From NCBI RefSeq assembly GCF_009914755.1, contig NC_060946.1: a stretch of DNA of 64,000 bases. The stretch is one strand, 5' to 3'. Below, piece after piece: positions 25,533 to 39,781 of this stretch. Position 1 is the stretch's first letter. Each line of letters starts with the position of its first letter. The notes beneath the pieces are model-generated. The model worked only from the letters and a program-made list of their open reading frames with translations. It was not told the DNA's origin and did not search any database. The position numbers and the translations under genes were made by a program. The DNA comes from the human T2T-CHM13v2.0 reference genome, Homo sapiens.

Positions 25533-28500
25533 AAAACTGCTGTACGAAAGGGAATGTTCAACTCTGTGACTTGAATGCACACATCACAAAGAAGTTTCTG
25601 AGGATGCTGCTGTCTACTTTTTATACGTAATCCCGTTTCCAACGAAATCCTCCAAGCTATCCAAATATCCACTTGCAGATTCCACAGAAAGACTGTTTCA
25701 AAACTGCTCTGTCAATAGAAAGGTTCAACTCTGTTAGCTGCGTGCATATATCCCAAAGAAGATTCTGAGATTGCTTCTGTCTAGTTTTTATGGGAAGATA
25801 TTTCCCTTTTCACCGTAGGCGTCAAGGCGCTCCAAATGTCCACTTCCAGATACTACAAAAAGAGTGTTTCAAACCTACTCTGTGAAAGCGAATATTCAAC
25901 TCTGTGACTTTAATGCACATATCACAAAGAAGTTTCTGAGAATGCTTCTGTCGAGATTTTATATGAAGATATTCCCGTTTCCAACGAAATCCTGAAATCT
26001 ATCCAAATATCCCCTCGCAGATTCTACAAAAAGAGTGTTTCAAAACTGCTCTGTAAAAAGAAAGGTTCAACTCTGTTAGTTGAGTACACACATCACAAAC
26101 AAGTTTCACAGAATGCTTCTTTCTAGCTTGTAGGGGAAGATATTCCCTTTATCACCATGGGCCTCCAACCGTCCGAAACGTCCACTTCCATATACTACCA
26201 AAAGAGCGTTTCAAACCTGCTCTAGGAAAGGCAATGTTCAACTCTGTGACTTGAATGCAGACATCACAGAGCAGTTTCTGAGAATGCTTCTGTCTAGATT
26301 TTATAGGAAGATATTCCCGTTTCCAACGAAATCTTCACAGCTATCCAAATATCCACTTGCAGATTCTACAAAAAGAGTGTATCAAAACTGCTCTGTCAAA
26401 AGGAAGGTTCTTCTCTGTTAGGTGAGTGCATACGTCATAAAGGAGTTTCTGAGAATGTTTCTGTCTAGTGGTTATGGGAAGATATTTGCTTTTTCACCGT
26501 AGGCCTCAGAGCGCTCCAAATATCCACTTGCACATACTACAAAAAGAGTGCCTCAAAGCTGCTCTCTGAAACGGAATGTTCAACTCTATGAGTTGAATGC
26601 AAACATCACAAAGACGTTTCTGAGAATGCTTCTGTCTAGATTTGATATGAAGATATTCCCGTTTCCAACGAAATCTTCAAATCTATCCAAATGTCCACTT
26701 GCAGATTCAACAAAAAGTGTTTTTCAGAACTGCTCTATCAAAAGAAAGATCCACCTCTGTTAGCTGAGTTCACACATCACAAACAAGTTTATGAGAATGC
26801 TTCTGTCTAGTTTTTATTTGAAGATATTTCCTTTCTCACCATAGACCTGAAAGCTGTCCTAATGTTCACTTCCAGATACTACAGAAAGAGTGTTTCAAAA
26901 CTGCTGTACGAAAGGGAATGTTCAACTCTGTGACTTGAATGCACACATCACAAAGAAGTTTCTGAGGATGCTGCTGTCTACTTTTTATACGTAATCCCGT
27001 TTCCAACGAAATCCTCCAAGCTATCCAAATATCCACTTGCAGATTCCACAGAAAGACTGTTTCAAAACTGCTCTGTCAATAGAAAGGTTCAACTCTGTTA
27101 GCTGCGTGCATATATCCCAAAGAAGATTCTGAGATTGCTTCTGTCTAGTTTTTATGGGAAGATATTTCCCTTTTCACCGTAGGCGTCAAGGCGCTCCAAA
27201 TGTCCACTTCCAGATACTACAAAAAGAGTGTTTCAAACCTACTCTGTGAAAGCGAATATTCAACTCTGTGACTTGAATGCACATATCACAAAGAAGTTTC
27301 TGAGAATGCTTCTGTCGAGATTTTATATGAAGATATTCCCGTTTCCAACGAAATCCTGAAATCTATCCAAATATCCCCTCGCAGATTCTACAAAAAGAGT
27401 GTTTCAAAACTGCTCTGTAAAAAGAAAGGTTCAACTCTGTTAGTTGAGTACACACATCACAAACAAGTTTCACAGAATGCTTCTTTCTAGCTTGTAGGGG
27501 AAGATATTCCCTTTATCACCATGGGCCTCCAACCGTCCGAAACGTCCACTTCCATATACTACCAAAAGAGCGTTTCAAACCTGCTCTAGGAAAGGCAATG
27601 TTCAACTCTGTGACTTGAATGCAGACATCACAGAGCAGTTTCTGAGAATGCTTCTGTCTAGATTTTATAGGAAGATATTCCCGTTTCCAACGAAATCTTC
27701 ACAGCTATCCAAATATCCACTTGCAGATTCTACAAAAAGAGTGTATCAAAACTGCTCTGTCAAAAGGAAGGTTCTTCTCTGTTAGGTGAGTGCATACGTC
27801 ATAAAGGAGTTTCTGAGAATGTTTCTGTCTAGTGGTTATGGGAAGATATTTGCTTTTTCACCGTAGGCCTCAGAGCGCTCCAAATATCCACTTGCACATA
27901 CTACAAAAAGAGTGCCTCAAAGCTGCTCTCTGAAACGGAATGTTCAACTCTATGAGTTGAATGCAAACATCACAAAGACGTTTCTGAGAATGCTTCTGTC
28001 TAGATTTGATATGAAGATATTCCCGTTTCCAACGAAATCTTCAAATCTATCCAAATGTCCACTTGCATAATCAACAAAAAGTGTTTTTCAGAACTGCTCT
28101 ATCAAAAGAAAGATCCACCTCTGTTAGCTGAGTTCACACATCACAAACAAGTTTATGAGAATGCTTCTGTCTAGTTTTTATTTGAAGATATTTCCTTTCT
28201 CACCATAGACCTGAAAGCTGTCCTAATGTTCACTTCCAGATACTACAGAAAGAGTGTTTCAAAACTGCTGTACGAAAGGGAATGTTCAACTCTGTGACTT
28301 GAATGCACACATCACAAAGAAGTTTCTGAGGATGCTGCTGTCTACTTTTTATACGTAATCCCGTTTCCAACGAAATCCTCCAAGCTATCCAAATATCCAC
28401 TTGCAGATTCCACAGAAAGACTGTTTCAAAACTGCTCTGTCAATAGAAAGGTTCAACTCTGTTAGCTGCGTGCATATATCCCAAAGAAGATTCTGAGATT

Positions 28501-31500
28501 GCTTCTGTCTAGTTTTTATGGGAAGATATTTCCCTTTTCACCGTAGGCGTCAAGGCGCTCCAAATGTCCACTTCCAGATACTACAAAAAGAGTGTTTCAA
28601 ACCTACTCTGTGAAAGGGAATATTCAACTCTGTGACTTGAATGCACATATCACAAAGAAGTTTCTGAGAATGCTTCTGTCGAGATTTTATATGAAGATGT
28701 TCCCGTTTCCAACGAAATCCTGAAATCTATCCAAATATCACCTCGCAGATTCTACAAAAAGAGTGTTTCAAAACTGCTCTGTAAAAAGAAAGTTTCAACT
28801 CTGTTACTTGAGTACACACATCACAAACAAGTTTCACAGAATGCTTCTTTCTAGCTTGTAGGGGAAGATATTCCCTTTATCACCATGGTCCTCAAACCGT
28901 CCGAAACGTCCACTTCCATATACTACAAAAAGAGCGTTACAAACCTGCTCTATGAAAGGCAATGTTCAACTCTGTGACGTGAATGCAGACATCACAGAGC
29001 AGTTTCTGAGAATGCTTCTGTCTAGATTTTATAGGAAGATATTCCCGTTTCCAACGAAATCTTCACAGCTATCCAAATATCCACTTGCAGATTCTACAAA
29101 AAGAGTGTATCAAAACTGCTCTGTCAAAAGGAAGGTTCTTCTCTGTTAGGTGAGTGCATACGTCATAAAGGAGTTTCTGAGAATGTTTCTGTCTAGTGGT
29201 TATGGGAAGATATTTGCTTTTTCACCGTAGGCCTCAGAGCGCTCCAAATATCCACTTGCACATACTACAAAAAGAGTGCCTCAAAGCTGCTCTCTGAAAC
29301 GGAATGTTCAACTCTATGAGTTGAATGCAAACATCACAAAGACGTTTCTGAGAATGCTTCTGTCTAGATTTGATATGAAGATATTCCCGTTTCCAACGAA
29401 ATCTTCAAATCTATCCAAATGTCCACTTGCATAATCAACAAAAAGTGTTTTTCAGAACTGCTCTATCAAAAGAAAGATCCACCTCTGTTAGCTGAGTTCA
29501 CACATCACAAACAAGTTTATGAGAATGCTTCTGTCTAGTTTTTATTTGAAGATATTTCCTTTCTCACCATAGACCTGAAAGCTGTCCTAATGTTCACTTC
29601 CAGATACTACAGAAAGAGTGTTTCAAAACTGCTGTACGAAAGGGAATGTTCAACTCTGTGACTTGAATGCACACATCACAAAGAAGTTTCTGAGGATGCT
29701 GCTGTCTACTTTTTATACGTAATCCCGTTTCCAACGAAATCCTCCAAGCTATCCAAACATCCACTTGCAGATTCCACAGAAAGACTGTTTCAAAACTGCT
29801 CTGTCAATAGAAAGGTTCAACTCTGTTAGCTGCGTGCATATATCCCAAAGAAGATTCTGAGATTGCTTCTGTCTAGTTTTTATGGGAAGATATTTCCCTT
29901 TTCACCGTAGGCGTCAAGGCGCTCCAAATGTCCACTTCCAGATACTACAAAAAGAGTGTTTCAAACCTACTCTGTGAAAGCGAATATTCAACTCTGTGAC
30001 TTGAATGCACATATCACAAAGAAGTTTCTGAGAATGCTTCTGTCGAGATTTTATATGAACATATTCCCGTTTCCAAGGAAATCCTGAAATCTATCCAAAT
30101 ATCCCCTCGCAGATTCTACAAAAAGAGTGTTTCAAAACTGCTCTGTAAAAAGAAAGGTTCAACTCTGTTAGTTGAGTACACACATCACAAACAAGTTTCA
30201 CAGAATGCTTCTTTCTAGCTTGTAGGGGAAGATATTCCCTTTATCACCATGGGCCTCCAACCGTCCGAAACGTCCACTTCCATATACTACAAAAAGAGCG
30301 TTTCAAACCTGCTCTAGGAAAGGCAATGTTCAACTCTGTGACTTGAATGCAGACATCACAGAGCAGTTTCTGAGAATGCTTCTGTCTAGATTTTATAGGA
30401 AGATATTCCCGTTTCCAACGAAATCTTCACAGCTATCCAAATATCCACTTGCAGATTCTACAAAAAGAGTGTATCAAAACTGCTCTGTCAAAAGGAAGGT
30501 TCTTCTCTGTTAGGTGAGTGCATACGTCATAAAGGAGTTTCTGAGAATGTTTCTGTCTAGTGGTTATGGGAAGATATTTGCTTTTTCACCGTAGGCCTCA
30601 GAGCGCTCCAAATATCCACTTGCACATACTACAAAAAGAGTGCCTCAAAGCTGCTCTTTGAAACGGAATGTTCAACTCTATGAGTTGAATGCAAACATCA
30701 CAAAGACGTTTCTGAGAATGCTTCTGTCTAGATTTGATATGAAGATATTCCCGTTTCCAACGAAATCTTCAAATCTATCCAAATGTCCACTTGCAGATTC
30801 AACAAAAAGTGTTTTTCAGAACTGCTCTATCAAAAGAAAGATCCACCTGTGTTAGCTGAGTTCACACATCACAAACAAGTTTATGAGAATGCTTCTGTCT
30901 AGTTTTTATTTGAAGATATTTCCTTTCTCACCATAGACCTGAAAGCTGTCCTAATGTTCACTTCCAGATACTACAGAAAGAGTGTTTCAAAACTGCTGTA
31001 CGAAAGGGAATTTTCAACTCTGTGACTTGAATGCACACATCACAAAGAAGTTTCTGAGGATGCTGCTGTCTACTTTTTATACGTAATCCCGTTTCCAACG
31101 AAATCCTCCAAGCTATCCAAATATCCACTTGCAGATTCCACAGAAAGACTGTTTCAAAACTGCTCTGTCAATAGAAAGGTTCAACTCTGTTAGCTGCGTG
31201 CATATATCCCAAAGAAGATTCTGAGATTGCTTCTGTCTAGTTTTTATGGGAAGATATTTCCCTTTTCACCGTAGGCGTCAAGGCGCTCCAAATGTCCACT
31301 TCCAGATACTACAAAAAGAGTGTTTCAAACCTACTCTGTGAAAGGGAATATTCAACTCTGTGACTTGAATGCACATATCACAAAGAAGTTTCTGAGAATG
31401 CTTCTGTCGAGATTTTATATGAAGATATTCCCGTTTCCAACGAAATCCTGAAATCTATCCAAATATCCCCTCGCAGATTCTACAAAAAGAGTGTTTCAAA

Positions 31501-34500
31501 ACTGCTCTGTAAAAAGAAAGGTTCAACTCTGTTAGTTGAGTACACACATCACAAACAAGTTTCACAGAATGCTTCTTTCTAGCTTGTAGGGGAAGATATT
31601 CCCTTTATCACCATGGTCCTCAAACCGTCCGAAACGTCCACTTCCATATACTACAAAAAGAGCGTTTCAAACCTGCTCTAGGAAAGGCAATGTTCAACTC
31701 TGTGACTTGAATGCAGACATCACAGAACAGTTTCTGAGAATGCTTCTGTCTAGATTTTATAGGAAGATATTCCCGTTTCCAACGAAATCTTCACAGCTAT
31801 CCAAATATCCACTTGCAGATTCTACAAAAAGAGTGTATCAAAACTGCTCTGTCAAAAGGAAGGTTCTTCTCTGTTATGTGAGTGCATACGTCATAAAGGA
31901 GTTTCTGAGAATGTTTCTGTCTAGTGGTTATGGGAAGATATTTGCTTTTTCACCGTAGGCCTCAGAGCGCTCCAAATATCCACTTGCACATACTACAAAA
32001 AGAGTGCCTCAAAGCTGCTCTCTGAAACGGAATGTTCAACTCTATGAGTTGAATGCAAACATCACAAAGACGTTTCTGAGAATGCTTCTGTCTAGATTTG
32101 ATATGAAGATATTCCCGTTTCCAACGAAATCTTCAAATCTATCCAAATGTCCACTTGCAGATTCAACAAAAAGTGTTTTTCAGAACTGCTCTATCAAAAG
32201 AAAGATCCACCTCTGTTAGCTGAGTTCACACATCACAAACAAGTTTATGAGAATGCTTCTGTCTAGTTTTTATTTGAAGATATTTCCTTTCTCACCATAG
32301 ACCTGAAAGCTGTCCTAATGTTCACTTCCAGATACTACAGAAAGAGTGTTTCAAAACTGCTGTACGAAAGGGAATGTTCAACTCTGTGACTTGAATGCAC
32401 ACATCACAAAGAAGTTTCTGAGGATGCTGCTGTCTACTTTTTATACGTAATCCCGTTTCCAACGAAATCCTCCAAGCTATCCAAATATCCACTTGCAGAT
32501 TCCACAGAAAGACTGTTTCAAAACTGCTCTGTCAATAGAAAGGTTCAACTCTGTTAGCTGCGTGCATATATCCCAAAGAAGATTCTGAGATTGCTTCTGT
32601 CTAGTTTTTATGGGAAGATATTTCCCTTTTCACCGTAGGCGTCAAGGCGCTCCAAATGTCCACTTCCAGATACTACAAAAAGAGTGTTTCAAACCTACTC
32701 TGTGAAAGCGAATATTCAACTCTGTGACTTTAATGCACATATCACAAAGAAGTTTCTGAGAATGCTTCTGTCGAGATTTTATATGAAGATATTCCCGTTT
32801 CCAACGAAATCCTGAAATCTATCCAAATATCCCCTCGCAGATTCTACAAAAAGAGTGTTTCAAAACTGCTCTGTAAAAAGAAAGGTTCAACTCTGTTAGT
32901 TGAGTACACACATCACAAACAAGTTTCACAGAATGCTTCTTTCTAGCTTGTAGGGGAAGATATTCCCTTTATCACCATGGGCCTCCAACCGTCCGAAACG
33001 TCCACTTCCATATACTACCAAAAGAGCGTTTCAAACCTGCTCTAGGAAAGGCAATGTTCAACTCTGTGACTTGAATGCAGACATCACAGAGCAGTTTCTG
33101 AGAATGCTTCTGTCTAGATTTTATAGGAAGATATTCCCGTTTCCAACGAAATCTTCACAGCTATCCAAATATCCACTTGCAGATTCTACAAAAAGAGTGT
33201 ATCAAAACTGCTCTGTCAAAAGGAAGGTTCTTCTCTGTTAGGTGAGTGCATACGTCATAAAGGAGTTTCTGAGAATGTTTCTGTCTAGTGGTTATGGGAA
33301 GATATTTGCTTTTTCACCGTAGGCCTCAGAGCGCTCCAAATATCCACTTGCACATACTACAAAAAGAGTGCCTCAAAGCTGCTCTCTGAAACGGAATGTT
33401 CAACTCTATGAGTTGAATGCAAACATCACAAAGACGTTTCTGAGAATGCTTCTGTCTAGATTTGATATGAAGATATTCCCGTTTCCAACGAAATCTTCAA
33501 ATCTATCCAAATGTCCACTTGCAGATTCAACAAAAAGTGTTTTTCAGAACTGCTCTATCAAAAGAAAGATCCACCTCTGTTAGCTGAGTTCACACATCAC
33601 AAACAAGTTTATGAGAATGCTTCTGTCTAGTTTTTATTTGAAGATATTTCCTTTCTCACCATAGACCTGAAAGCTGTCCTAATGTTCACTTCCAGATACT
33701 ACAGAAAGAGTGTTTCAAAACTGCTGTACGAAAGGGAATGTTCAACTCTGTGACTTGAATGCACACATCACAAAGAAGTTTCTGAGGATGCTGCTGTCTA
33801 CTTTTTATACGTAATCCCGTTTCCAACGAAATCCTCCAAGCTATCCAAATATCCACTTGCAGATTCCACAGAAAGACTGTTTCAAAACTGCTCTGTCAAT
33901 AGAAAGGTTCAACTCTGTTAGCTGCGTGCATATATCCCAAAGAAGATTCTGAGATTGCTTCTGTCTAGTTTTTATGGGAAGATATTTCCCTTTTCACCGT
34001 AGGCGTCAAGGCGCTCCAAATGTCCACTTCCAGATACTACAAAAAGAGTGTTTCAAACCTACTCTGTGAAAGCGAATATTCAACTCTGTGACTTGAATGC
34101 ACATATCACAAAGAAGTTTCTGAGAATGCTTCTGTCGAGATTTTATATGAAGATATTCCCGTTTCCAACGAAATCCTGAAATCTATCCAAATATCCCCTC
34201 GCAGATTCTACAAAAAGAGTGTTTCAAAACTGCTCTGTAAAAAGAAAGGTTCAACTCTGTTAGTTGAGTACACACATCACAAACAAGTTTCACAGAATGC
34301 TTCTTTCTAGCTTGTAGGGGAAGATATTCCCTTTATCACCATGGGCCTCCAACCGTCCGAAACGTCCACTTCCATATACTACCAAAAGAGCGTTTCAAAC
34401 CTGCTCTAGGAAAGGCAATGTTCAACTCTGTGACTTGAATGCAGACATCACAGAGCAGTTTCTGAGAATGCTTCTGTCTAGATTTTATAGGAAGATATTC

Positions 34501-37500
34501 CCGTTTCCAACGAAATCTTCACAGCTATCCAAATATCCACTTGCAGATTCTACAAAAAGAGTGTATCAAAACTGCTCTGTCAAAAGGAAGGTTCTTCTCT
34601 GTTAGGTGAGTGCATACGTCATAAAGGAGTTTCTGAGAATGTTTCTGTCTAGTGGTTATGGGAAGATATTTGCTTTTTCACCGTAGGCCTCAGAGCGCTC
34701 CAAATATCCACTTGCACATACTACAAAAAGAGTGCCTCAAAGCTGCTCTCTGAAACGGAATGTTCAACTCTATGAGTTGAATGCAAACATCACAAAGACG
34801 TTTCTGAGAATGCTTCTGTCTAGATTTGATATGAAGATATTCCCGTTTCCAACGAAATCTTCAAATCTATCCAAATGTCCACTTGCATAATCAACAAAAA
34901 GTGTTTTTCAGAACTGCTCTATCAAAAGAAAGATCCACCTCTGTTAGCTGAGTTCACACATCACAAACAAGTTTATGAGAATGCTTCTGTCTAGTTTTTA
35001 TTTGAAGATATTTCCTTTCTCACCATAGACCTGAAAGCTGTCCTAATGTTCACTTCCAGATACTACAGAAAGAGTGTTTCAAAACTGCTGTACGAAAGGG
35101 AATGTTCAACTCTGTGACTTGAATGCACACATCACAAAGAAGTTTCTGAGGATGCTGCTGTCTACTTTTTATACGTAATCCCGTTTCCAACGAAATCCTC
35201 CAAGCTATCCAAATATCCACTTGCAGATTCCACAGAAAGACTGTTTCAAAACTGCTCTGTCAATAGAAAGGTTCAACTCTGTTAGCTGCGTGCATATATC
35301 CCAAAGAAGATTCTGAGATTGCTTCTGTCTAGTTTTTATGGGAAGATATTTCCCTTTTCACCGTAGGCGTCAAGGCGCTCCAAATGTCCACTTCCAGATA
35401 CTACAAAAAGAGTGTTTCAAACCTACTCTGTGAAAGGGAATATTCAACTCTGTGACTTGAATGCACATATCACAAAGAAGTTTCTGAGAATGCTTCTGTC
35501 GAGATTTTATATGAAGATGTTCCCGTTTCCAACGAAATCCTGAAATCTATCCAAATATCACCTCGCAGATTCTACAAAAAGAGTGTTTCAAAACTGCTCT
35601 GTAAAAAGAAAGTTTCAACTCTGTTACTTGAGTACACACATCACAAACAAGTTTCACAGAATGCTTCTTTCTAGCTTGTAGGGGAAGATATTCCCTTTAT
35701 CACCATGGTCCTCAAACCGTCCGAAACGTCCACTTCCATATACTACAAAAAGAGCGTTACAAACCTGCTCTATGAAAGGCAATGTTCAACTCTGTGACGT
35801 GAATGCAGACATCACAGAGCAGTTTCTGAGAATGCTTCTGTCTAGATTTTATAGGAAGATATTCCCGTTTCCAACGAAATCTTCACAGCTATCCAAATAT
35901 CCACTTGCAGATTCTACAAAAAGAGTGTATCAAAACTGCTCTGTCAAAAGGAAGGTTCTTCTCTGTTAGGTGAGTGCATACGTCATAAAGGAGTTTCTGA
36001 GAATGTTTCTGTCTAGTGGTTATGGGAAGATATTTGCTTTTTCACCGTAGGCCTCAGAGCGCTCCAAATATCCACTTGCACATACTACAAAAAGAGTGCC
36101 TCAAAGCTGCTCTCTGAAACGGAATGTTCAACTCTATGAGTTGAATGCAAACATCACAAAGACGTTTCTGAGAATGCTTCTGTCTAGATTTGATATGAAG
36201 ATATTCCCGTTTCCAACGAAATCTTCAAATCTATCCAAATGTCCACTTGCATAATCAACAAAAAGTGTTTTTCAGAACTGCTCTATCAAAAGAAAGATCC
36301 ACCTCTGTTAGCTGAGTTCACACATCACAAACAAGTTTATGAGAATGCTTCTGTCTAGTTTTTATTTGAAGATATTTCCTTTCTCACCATAGACCTGAAA
36401 GCTGTCCTAATGTTCACTTCCAGATACTACAGAAAGAGTGTTTCAAAACTGCTGTACGAAAGGGAATGTTCAACTCTGTGACTTGAATGCACACATCACA
36501 AAGAAGTTTCTGAGGATGCTGCTGTCTACTTTTTATACGTAATCCCGTTTCCAACGAAATCCTCCAAGCTATCCAAACATCCACTTGCAGATTCCACAGA
36601 AAGACTGTTTCAAAACTGCTCTGTCAATAGAAAGGTTCAACTCTGTTAGCTGCGTGCATATATCCCAAAGAAGATTCTGAGATTGCTTCTGTCTAGTTTT
36701 TATGGGAAGATATTTCCCTTTTCACCGTAGGCGTCAAGGCGCTCCAAATGTCCACTTCCAGATACTACAAAAAGAGTGTTTCAAACCTACTCTGTGAAAG
36801 CGAATATTCAACTCTGTGACTTGAATGCACATATCACAAAGAAGTTTCTGAGAATGCTTCTGTCGAGATTTTATATGAACATATTCCCGTTTCCAAGGAA
36901 ATCCTGAAATCTATCCAAATATCCCCTCGCAGATTCTACAAAAAGAGTGTTTCAAAACTGCTCTGTAAAAAGAAAGGTTCAACTCTGTTAGTTGAGTACA
37001 CACATCACAAACAAGTTTCACAGAATGCTTCTTTCTAGCTTGTAGGGGAAGATATTCCCTTTATCACCATGGGCCTCCAACCGTCCGAAACGTCCACTTC
37101 CATATACTACAAAAAGAGCGTTTCAAACCTGCTCTAGGAAAGGCAATGTTCAACTCTGTGACTTGAATGCAGACATCACAGAGCAGTTTCTGAGAATGCT
37201 TCTGTCTAGATTTTATAGGAAGATATTCCCGTTTCCAACGAAATCTTCACAGCTATCCAAATATCCACTTGCAGATTCTACAAAAAGAGTGTATCAAAAC
37301 TGCTCTGTCAAAAGGAAGGTTCTTCTCTGTTAGGTGAGTGCATACGTCATAAAGGAGTTTCTGAGAATGTTTCTGTCTAGTGGTTATGGGAAGATATTTG
37401 CTTTTTCACCGTAGGCCTCAGAGCGCTCCAAATATCCACTTGCACATACTACAAAAAGAGTGCCTCAAAGCTGCTCTTTGAAACGGAATGTTCAACTCTA

Positions 37501-39781
37501 TGAGTTGAATGCAAACATCACAAAGACGTTTCTGAGAATGCTTCTGTCTAGATTTGATATGAAGATATTCCCGTTTCCAACGAAATCTTCAAATCTATCC
37601 AAATGTCCACTTGCAGATTCAACAAAAAGTGTTTTTCAGAACTGCTCTATCAAAAGAAAGATCCACCTGTGTTAGCTGAGTTCACACATCACAAACAAGT
37701 TTATGAGAATGCTTCTGTCTAGTTTTTATTTGAAGATATTTCCTTTCTCACCATAGACCTGAAAGCTGTCCTAATGTTCACTTCCAGATACTACAGAAAG
37801 AGTGTTTCAAAACTGCTGTACGAAAGGGAATTTTCAACTCTGTGACTTGAATGCACACATCACAAAGAAGTTTCTGAGGATGCTGCTGTCTACTTTTTAT
37901 ACGTAATCCCGTTTCCAACGAAATCCTCCAAGCTATCCAAATATCCACTTGCAGATTCCACAGAAAGACTGTTTCAAAACTGCTCTGTCAATAGAAAGGT
38001 TCAACTCTGTTAGCTGCGTGCATATATCCCAAAGAAGATTCTGAGATTGCTTCTGTCTAGTTTTTATGGGAAGATATTTCCCTTTTCACCGTAGGCGTCA
38101 AGGCGCTCCAAATGTCCACTTCCAGATACTACAAAAAGAGTGTTTCAAACCTACTCTGTGAAAGGGAATATTCAACTCTGTGACTTGAATGCACATATCA
38201 CAAAGAAGTTTCTGAGAATGCTTCTGTCGAGATTTTATATGAAGATATTCCCGTTTCCAACGAAATCCTGAAATCTATCCAAATATCCCCTCGCAGATTC
38301 TACAAAAAGAGTGTTTCAAAACTGCTCTGTAAAAAGAAAGGTTCAACTCTGTTAGTTGAGTACACACATCACAAACAAGTTTCACAGAATGCTTCTTTCT
38401 AGCTTGTAGGGGAAGATATTCCCTTTATCACCATGGTCCTCAAACCGTCCGAAACGTCCACTTCCATATACTACAAAAAGAGCGTTTCAAACCTGCTCTA
38501 GGAAAGGCAATGTTCAACTCTGTGACTTGAATGCAGACATCACAGAACAGTTTCTGAGAATGCTTCTGTCTAGATTTTATAGGAAGATATTCCCGTTTCC
38601 AACGAAATCTTCACAGCTATCCAAATATCCACTTGCAGATTCTACAAAAAGAGTGTATCAAAACTGCTCTGTCAAAAGGAAGGTTCTTCTCTGTTATGTG
38701 AGTGCATACGTCATAAAGGAGTTTCTGAGAATGTTTCTGTCTAGTGGTTATGGGAAGATATTTGCTTTTTCACCGTAGGCCTCAGAGCGCTCCAAATATC
38801 CACTTGCACATACTACAAAAAGAGTGCCTCAAAGCTGCTCTCTGAAACGGAATGTTCAACTCTATGAGTTGAATGCAAACATCACAAAGACGTTTCTGAG
38901 AATGCTTCTGTCTAGATTTGATATGAAGATATTCCCGTTTCCAACGAAATCTTCAAATCTATCCAAATGTCCACTTGCAGATTCAACAAAAAGTGTTTTT
39001 CAGAACTGCTCTATCAAAAGAAAGATCCACCTCTGTTAGCTGAGTTCACACATCACAAACAAGTTTATGAGAATGCTTCTGTCTAGTTTTTATTTGAAGA
39101 TATTTCCTTTCTCACCATAGACCTGAAAGCTGTCCTAATGTTCACTTCCAGATACTACAGAAAGAGTGTTTCAAAACTGCTGTACGAAAGGGAATGTTCA
39201 ACTCTGTGACTTGAATGCACACATCACAAAGAAGTTTCTGAGGATGCTGCTGTCTACTTTTTATACGTAATCCCGTTTCCAACGAAATCCTCCAAGCTAT
39301 CCAAATATCCACTTGCAGATTCCACAGAAAGACTGTTTCAAAACTGCTCTGTCAATAGAAAGGTTCAACTCTGTTAGCTGCGTGCATATATCCCAAAGAA
39401 GATTCTGAGATTGCTTCTGTCTAGTTTTTATGGGAAGATATTTCCCTTTTCACCGTAGGCGTCAAGGCGCTCCAAATGTCCACTTCCAGATACTACAAAA
39501 AGAGTGTTTCAAACCTACTCTGTGAAAGCGAATATTCAACTCTGTGACTTTAATGCACATATCACAAAGAAGTTTCTGAGAATGCTTCTGTCGAGATTTT
39601 ATATGAAGATATTCCCGTTTCCAACGAAATCCTGAAATCTATCCAAATATCCCCTCGCAGATTCTACAAAAAGAGTGTTTCAAAACTGCTCTGTAAAAAG
39701 AAAGGTTCAACTCTGTTAGTTGAGTACACACATCACAAACAAGTTTCACAGAATGCTTCTTTCTAGCTTGTAGGGGAAGAT
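25533..39781. repeat. Near-perfect tandem duplication of a 5-HOR block (period 6820 bp)
   Basis: Variants pair at +6820: 25911/32731/39551, 28699/35519, 28939/35759, 30077/36897, 31877/38697. ORF pairs 28952/35772 and 31707/38527 agree. Confidence 0.9.
26001..27364 (-). repeat. Representative single 1364-bp HOR unit (arbitrary phase): four A/B monomer dimers
   Basis: CENP-B box starts are spaced 342+342+338+342 = 1364 bp (58, 400, 742, 1080, 1422). A consensus unit has one TCGA (TaqI) and two TCTAGA (XbaI) sites 342 bp apart. Confidence 0.95.
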
